In this document: piece by piece, positions 14,712 to 20,000 of the stretch | Layout: each line of letters begins with the position of its first letter | Numbering within the stretch: the stretch's first letter is position 1 | DNA from: an uncultured virus (IMG/VR IMGVR_UViG_3300034062_006395) | Lineage: Duplodnaviria; Heunggongvirae; Uroviricota; Caudoviricetes | DNA: 20,000 nucleotides | Virus record (IMG/VR): IMGVR_UViG_3300034062_006395 | Coordinates: 53,228-73,227 of that record | Direction: 5' to 3' (one strand) | Notes under the pieces: generated by a model | Seen by the model: the letters and a program-made list of their open reading frames with translations, nothing else | What the model was told of the DNA's origin: nothing | The model's database searches: none | Translations under genes and position numbers: made by a program

Positions 14712-14720
14712 TTATCTTGC
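14690..14720. repeat. Imperfect inverted repeat overlapping the promoter (operator or weak terminator hairpin)
   Basis: GCAA-aac-AATTTG-ataaa-CAAATT-atc-TTGC. On the minus strand it is followed by the T-rich run TTTATTTTT. Confidence 0.5.
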
Positions 14721-14747
14721 TATTATTTTCTAATGATTGTTATTATT

Positions 14748-17700
14748 TTATGTTAGAAAATAACTTAGAATATCATGAGCTATAAATCTCTTATTGTCGT
14801 TATTGTTAAAAGTTAGTTCAGTGAATATCCATGGATTTCTAATCCTCGCTTGGTTCGTTGAATTATTATCTCGTTGTATAGCATGCCTCCATGTGCGAAA
14901 CCTACGTCTAATTGTACTTGGACTTGTAAGTACGACCAGTCCTGTGTCCTGATGTTCATTAGTAATTCGTATAGAGTTAAATGTTTCATCGTATATGTCA
15001 TTAGAGGTTCCGTCATAACATTCAGAATTAAATTCTAAATTAGTCCATATCTTAGTTACATGCGACTGACCATTTGTAACTACTTTAATAGTTGACACAT
15101 CTGGTGCAGCATCGTAGAAAACACCATACTCACCTTCATCATGTTGGTAAACTTTTCCACGTTTATCTGTTTGAGAATCTACTGATAACAACTTTCTACC
15201 TGTTGATAAATAAAGAACAGGTTCAAAAGAATAAAAAGATTCAAAACAATCAAATAGTTCATTGAACGAAAACGTTGCATTTTTATACGGTGGTCTATCT
15301 TCATCATCAAATGGACCATTTTCTGTATTACGTATTGTAAACAAAACTCTATTATATCTATGTTCGTAAGCTCCATGTACTGAATATGGAAGTAATGAAG
15401 TTTGTTTATCTTTAGATTCTAAAGGAGTATGCTTTAAATATTCATCTAAATAAGATGATAAACCTTTTATATCTGACAATGGATTTGGAGAATTATCAAA
15501 TTTAAATACTTTCTTCAATCTTGTATCTAAATGATAAATAGCTTTATCAGATGGCACAACAGCAGATGTTTGAGATACACCTGTGTGTGTTGATATATAA
15601 ACATAATCATTTAATACATCACCTGTACCAATAGTTATTTCAGAACCGTTTTCATTACCAATAGCTACACGTTGATTTACAGAAGCTAAACCAAAGGCTT
15701 TTTCTTGGTAGAATAATAACTTATCGTTAAACGTTTCAAGTCGATTAATCTCTCCGTGAATACCATCTACGTCAATTTTATTATTAGTTAAAAACTTAGT
15801 CCATGAATCTGTAAACTCCCCATTGAATTTCTTTTCAGATGCCCACATTGTATATGGTTGTTCATCTACTGGGTCTGCTAAAAAGTCCTTCGCAAAGAAT
15901 TGTTTTTTAACATTATTCTCTTGTGTATATACAGGATTTAAAACATAATTCTGTAAAGTATATTGTATATTATCATTAGCAAATTCAGAATACAATCTTT
16001 TATCTGAAGGTGATGTTGAATTATATGCTAAATATGTATTAATATCTGTTTCAACTGGGAAGACTGTTATATAACAATACTCAGTATCAGACGTTGATGT
16101 TAATCCATTTAATGTAATTATAGACTCATAATCAAAATAAGTAATGTAAGTATCACCTCCGTAAACTCTAAAAGTAGAAGATTGATTAGTATTAGCAAAA
16201 TGATTAGTACTAATGTACCTTTGTTTTGATCTACTTTCATAAGAATTTCCTCCGTATTGATTTATTAAATCTCTACAATATGATGCATAGTTAACATGAA
16301 TAACTCCACTACCAGTAAAAGGATAGTCTTGGTCTAAGCCAAACCAAGTTTTTAAATTACTTGAATGAGTTAATCCATCTAATTGCATTCCGTTATTTCT
16401 TATATTATAAGAACCTGCAACTCCTAAAGTGTTTAATACATCACCTTGTTCAATATTATATATTGAATGGAATCTTCCAAGAGTATTTAATTTTAATTGA
16501 TCTGATGGATTAGACGTATAACCAAGAATTTTACTTATTTGTATATGTCTAAATGATGTAGAAGATGCTGCAGCAATTAATATTCTTGTACCTGGATATA
16601 CTGCACTATATCTTGCAATACCTATATGCTTTAAATAATCTCCGTTCTTATAAGACCAGTCAGAAGAATTTGATGAAAACAATGTAGTTGGTGAAACAAA
16701 TCCTACAATATTTTTTTGTGGATAAGTTGATTCAGTACCATAAGGTAACTTTGGTTCCATATAACCAGAATCTTCTGTACAGTGATGTATAATACCACCG
16801 CCAAATCTTGATTTATCATTAGCTAAGCGAGGTGCTCTAACAATAGAATATCCAGATATTTTATCTTCTAACGCAGAAGGTATAATAACTTCAAATTGTA
16901 AACCAAGTACATTAGCTTGTAGTTTATCTGAAGTACTTCCATATCCATTGTTAGTAATACCATTTGTATAATGATGTGAACCTGTTCCAAATGTTGCTGT
17001 GTTAAATGGTGGCATTTTAATATCTGCAATCCATTTAGCAAAAGAAGGTTGTCCTTTTTTATTGTAAAACACAATAGCAAATCGATATATCTCTTCTCGC
17101 ATGTATCCACCATACCATGTGTGTACAAATGGAGATTTATATGAATCAAATTGGTTTATAGCTTCTTGTGTTTCTGATGTACCAAAATCTTCTTGTAATG
17201 TAGTTCTGGCAATCGTGCCAACCATTGGTGTATCGTTACCTGAGTTATATACACTGTTTCCTCTATCATTGAGTAATACTTTCTTAGAAGTAAATGAGAA
17301 TTTAATATATTTACCTTCTCCTCCATGTGTTACTCCATCAGATTGATAAACATATAAATCATCAAATAATGAATTACTTTCATTATAGTTTCTTGGACAA
17401 ATAGCATCGTGTGTATAACTTAATTGAAAATCTGGAGATGTAACTGTATTAGCATTACCTGCTTTATCATATACAATTGTTGAACCAGAATTGTTTTTAA
17501 AACAATAAGCTCTTGAATCAAATTCTTCATCAGTTATTTCAAACTTTTGATTTCTTAAATTACCAATAATTAATCGATTATCTTTAGAAGTTATTGTTTT
17601 ACATATATTTATTTCAGAACCTAGACTGTTAAGTTCTTGTTCTGTTAATGATTGAAGTTCTTCATCATTTGTAAAAGTAACTGTTAAAGACCCATTAGAT

Positions 17701-18833
17701 GGTATATTTTCTTCCTTGAATATATATATCTGCGGAGCATTCTCAAATTCATATATGATTGCTATATGTTGTATAACATCATAGTCTGTATCTATATCAT
17801 CAATTTTATAAGTTATTGATTTTGCAAGACCTGCTCCTTGTGCATTTCCAGCTAATGTTTCAAAATCATCTGTAAATGGATTTTTTTCGTATAATGGAAT
17901 TAAATCTGATAATGGAGAAACAATAGTTTCTTTACCACCAGAGATTAATCTATAACCAACTTGAACGACAGATGCGTATGGAATACCACCTCCATCATCA
18001 ATAGATACTAATAGAGGCTTTGAGAAGTCTACTGTTGGACTTAATTCCATATCAGAAGGTAATATATCAAATCCTTCTGGATCGTATAAATTAAAGCTTC
18101 TAATAGGGTTATAATTATCAGTCCAATAAACTCTTGCTATTTTAGAATTTTCATATCTAACAACAGAACCAGTTATTGCATTTTCAGTAGACAGGTTTAA
18201 TTTACCATTATATTTTAAATGAACAGACGGAATTAAACATCCGTTAGCATCTAAGTTTGTAATTTCATTTAAATCTTCATCATATGTTACATACCATATT
18301 TGACCATCTGATGCTGTTGGATTTTCTTCACTTGATGAAGTTGTAAATAATATAATATTATCATTTAAATGATTCCATCCAATTATCTTAAGATCCTGTA
18401 AAGCAGTAACAACTACTTCGGTTGTTGGATTATTCTCAGTTAAATCAAGATTATCAATACCTACGATAAGAACATAATCGTCATGAAGATATAATTGAAA
18501 TTCATTATCAGATATAAACTGTTGTATATTAACATCGTTGTTTATCTGATTGTATATATCGATTATAGAGCTTCCAGCAGCAATAGGAAATGTAATACCA
18601 TTGATTGTTAAAAAGGTATTAACATCTGGAGATATGATTTTAAATATACCTTGTGTATCTGGAATACAGAAATCAAGCTTATTTCCTTTTTCATTAACTA
18701 AGGCTCCTGTTGAAGAGCCTTTATCAGTTACGATTTTAAAGTTTAAAGCATGAAAATAACTATCTTGTCCACGTTTAATATGTGACAAGTCTTGATTTAT
18801 ACCTTTGTTAAATGTATTTCCAGTAACAGCCAT
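14748..18833 (-). CDS. Tail stabilization / muzzle protein (P22 gp10-like, crAss-type), 1361 aa
   Basis: N-terminal NTFNKGINQD, YWTDNYNPIR, GYMREEIYRFAIVFYNKKG...WIADIKMP, YGGDTYITYFDY and C-terminal FESFYSF resemble crAss muzzle proteins. Size and position after the ring protein also fit. The start overlaps the upstream stop (TAATG). Confidence 0.85.
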   Translation of the reverse strand: MAVTGNTFNKGINQDLSHIKRGQDSYFHALNFKIVTDKGSSTGALVNEKGNKLDFCIPDTQGIFKIISPDVNTFLTINGITFPIAAGSSIIDIYNQINNDVNIQQFISDNEFQLYLHDDYVLIVGIDNLDLTENNPTTEVVVTALQDLKIIGWNHLNDNIILFTTSSSEENPTASDGQIWYVTYDEDLNEITNLDANGCLIPSVHLKYNGKLNLSTENAITGSVVRYENSKIARVYWTDNYNPIRSFNLYDPEGFDILPSDMELSPTVDFSKPLLVSIDDGGGIPYASVVQVGYRLISGGKETIVSPLSDLIPLYEKNPFTDDFETLAGNAQGAGLAKSITYKIDDIDTDYDVIQHIAIIYEFENAPQIYIFKEENIPSNGSLTVTFTNDEELQSLTEQELNSLGSEINICKTITSKDNRLIIGNLRNQKFEITDEEFDSRAYCFKNNSGSTIVYDKAGNANTVTSPDFQLSYTHDAICPRNYNESNSLFDDLYVYQSDGVTHGGEGKYIKFSFTSKKVLLNDRGNSVYNSGNDTPMVGTIARTTLQEDFGTSETQEAINQFDSYKSPFVHTWYGGYMREEIYRFAIVFYNKKGQPSFAKWIADIKMPPFNTATFGTGSHHYTNGITNNGYGSTSDKLQANVLGLQFEVIIPSALEDKISGYSIVRAPRLANDKSRFGGGIIHHCTEDSGYMEPKLPYGTESTYPQKNIVGFVSPTTLFSSNSSDWSYKNGDYLKHIGIARYSAVYPGTRILIAAASSTSFRHIQISKILGYTSNPSDQLKLNTLGRFHSIYNIEQGDVLNTLGVAGSYNIRNNGMQLDGLTHSSNLKTWFGLDQDYPFTGSGVIHVNYASYCRDLINQYGGNSYESRSKQRYISTNHFANTNQSSTFRVYGGDTYITYFDYESIITLNGLTSTSDTEYCYITVFPVETDINTYLAYNSTSPSDKRLYSEFANDNIQYTLQNYVLNPVYTQENNVKKQFFAKDFLADPVDEQPYTMWASEKKFNGEFTDSWTKFLTNNKIDVDGIHGEINRLETFNDKLLFYQEKAFGLASVNQRVAIGNENGSEITIGTGDVLNDYVYISTHTGVSQTSAVVPSDKAIYHLDTRLKKVFKFDNSPNPLSDIKGLSSYLDEYLKHTPLESKDKQTSLLPYSVHGAYEHRYNRVLFTIRNTENGPFDDEDRPPYKNATFSFNELFDCFESFYSFEPVLYLSTGRKLLSVDSQTDKRGKVYQHDEGEYGVFYDAAPDVSTIKVVTNGQSHVTKIWTNLEFNSECYDGTSNDIYDETFNSIRITNEHQDTGLVVLTSPSTIRRRFRTWRHAIQRDNNSTNQARIRNPWIFTELTFNNNDNKRFIAHDILSYFLT

Positions 18834-19573
18834 TATGTATTATCTCCTTGATTAAAGTTATTTGTATTATGATTGATTCTATTTTGTTGCTCTCCTCTTG
18901 ATTTAAACTGAGTAGCATGTTCATTAATCTTTGGAATCAATCTTAATGTCATGTTTTTCCAAGATTCTAATTGATCTTTAGTCAATCGTTTAGTTCTGGT
19001 GATGGCTTTTCCCATGTACCAGTCTTTTTCTTTATTGATAAACTGTAGTTTCTTATCTGACAGTCTATCATTTAACCATAGTTTATAAGCTATTCTATAA
19101 GCTACATACCATTCAAGTGCTTCAACAAAAGCTTCATCATCAGGTACTAATGGAAATCCTCTATCATCTACAGGAAATGCAGTATATGATAAAAGAACTT
19201 CACCTTCATCAAATGATGTATAAATATAATTATTGTTTAATTTATATGTTATATCACATGATGAAGAAAGATTTGGACATTCTGAACAATGAAGATTTAT
19301 AAAGAAAGGATCACCAGTATATCTCATTGGAAGACTATTTGACTTCTCTTTGAACATATCTATCTGAAGTAAATCAGAAGGTAATTCACCACGATAATTT
19401 TCGATAGTAATACATTCAACTTTCTGAATGTATATTTCAGGTGCACTCATTAATTTAAGTGCTTTACCAATCCACTCAAGAGCGTCTGTCCATTCAAAAT
19501 CATTTTGGAAACCGTGATTCATATACACGTTTTCAATGATTCTATCTACTGGTATGTATTTAGTTGTTAACAT
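18833..19573 (-). CDS. Tail tubular / ring protein (P22 gp4-like, crAss-type), 246 aa
   Basis: EWIGKALKL...IENYRGELPSDL...YIYTSFDEGEVLLSYTAFPVDDRGFPLVPD...ALEWY is characteristic of crAss tail tubular proteins. It lies between the IHF-like and muzzle genes. Confidence 0.82.
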   Translation of the reverse strand: MLTTKYIPVDRIIENVYMNHGFQNDFEWTDALEWIGKALKLMSAPEIYIQKVECITIENYRGELPSDLLQIDMFKEKSNSLPMRYTGDPFFINLHCSECPNLSSSCDITYKLNNNYIYTSFDEGEVLLSYTAFPVDDRGFPLVPDDEAFVEALEWYVAYRIAYKLWLNDRLSDKKLQFINKEKDWYMGKAITRTKRLTKDQLESWKNMTLRLIPKINEHATQFKSRGEQQNRINHNTNNFNQGDNT

Positions 19574-19574
19574 A

Positions 19575-20000
19575 TTACTCGAAATAATCTACTTTAATAT
19601 TAGGATTCAATAATAAATCACCTAATGCTCTGTTGTTAAACCTTGAAGCATTAAAATAATACACGCTCATGTTTTTCAACCTTGTAGTAGTTTTATCAAA
19701 ATAGTATTTATATTGAAAACCGTCGGTATGTACATTGGTGTAATATATGAATTTCTTTTTTTCTTTTAATTCAGGATTGTTCTTCCATAAATCCCTTGTA
19801 GCTTTCCAATTAATAGTTAATGATTTTGTATCTACATTACCATTATCTAATAGTTTAATCTTCTTTTTGTATTTCTTTATTCTAATTGTAGCAATACCAA
19901 AAGGTAATCGATAAATGAAGTTTTCATTTCTCATTTTATCCATTATCTTCTTGTGGTATTCTTTTATAATTTTATTACAAACAGGACGTTCGTATTTATT
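19575..20000 (-). CDS. IHF/HU-like protein of the crAss structural module (5' end probably outside the window)
   Basis: The frame stays open upstream of the track's ATG at 19943 to the edge (NKYERPVCNKIIKEYHKKIMDKM...). A helix followed by FIYRLPFGIATIRIKK, INWKATRDLW and HTDGFQY fits the basic crAss IHF-like family that precedes the tail tubular gene. Confidence 0.72.
   Translation of the reverse strand, partial: NKYERPVCNKIIKEYHKKIMDKMRNENFIYRLPFGIATIRIKKYKKKIKLLDNGNVDTKSLTINWKATRDLWKNNPELKEKKKFIYYTNVHTDGFQYKYYFDKTTTRLKNMSVYYFNASRFNNRALGDLLLNPNIKVDYFE

Noticed and set aside
10526..19302. Short nested ORFs (10526-10714, 10703-10885, 14813-15016, 15179-15376, 16868-17149, 17101-17346, 18550-18753, 19117-19302)
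   Set aside because: They lie wholly inside long, well-supported genes in alternative frames or on the opposite strand, with no independent support.
1..20000. Stop-codon reassignment (TAG or TGA), known in some crAss-like phages
   Set aside because: All long genes read through under the standard code with near-complete coding density. All five visible stops are TAA, so recoding is not needed here, though it cannot be excluded elsewhere in the genome.
19943..20000. ATG at 19943 as the true start of the IHF-like gene
   Set aside because: The frame is open to the window edge and encodes a plausible helix of the IHF-like fold, so the real start is probably outside the window.
1..20000. CRISPR array, tRNA, rRNA or other structured RNA gene
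   Set aside because: No regularly spaced repeats or cloverleaf-like sequences were seen, and the only non-coding space is one 90-nt gap.

Overview
AT-rich, tightly packed, entirely minus-strand segment of a crAss-like (Crassvirales-type, Bacteroidota-infecting) phage genome covering the tail/cargo module. In transcription order (right to left): an IHF/HU-like protein truncated at the window edge, a tail tubular/ring protein (246 aa), a tail stabilization/muzzle protein (1361 aa), a cargo-protein-1-like protein (558 aa), a second probable cargo protein (850 aa), and a giant ORF absent from the supplied track. That ORF starts at 10422 and runs off the left edge (>3474 aa). Manual translation shows one polyprotein with a Gly/Ala-rich hydrophobic N-terminus, a compact SF1 helicase with six readable canonical motifs, an unassigned domain, a zincin HExxH metallopeptidase, and the first conserved motifs of the crAss-type virion RNA polymerase. 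The only sizeable intergenic gap (14658-14747) holds a canonical Bacteroidota sigma-A promoter (TTTG-N20-TAnnTTTG) overlapped by an inverted repeat. Family assignments come from recalled motifs and synteny, not database searches.
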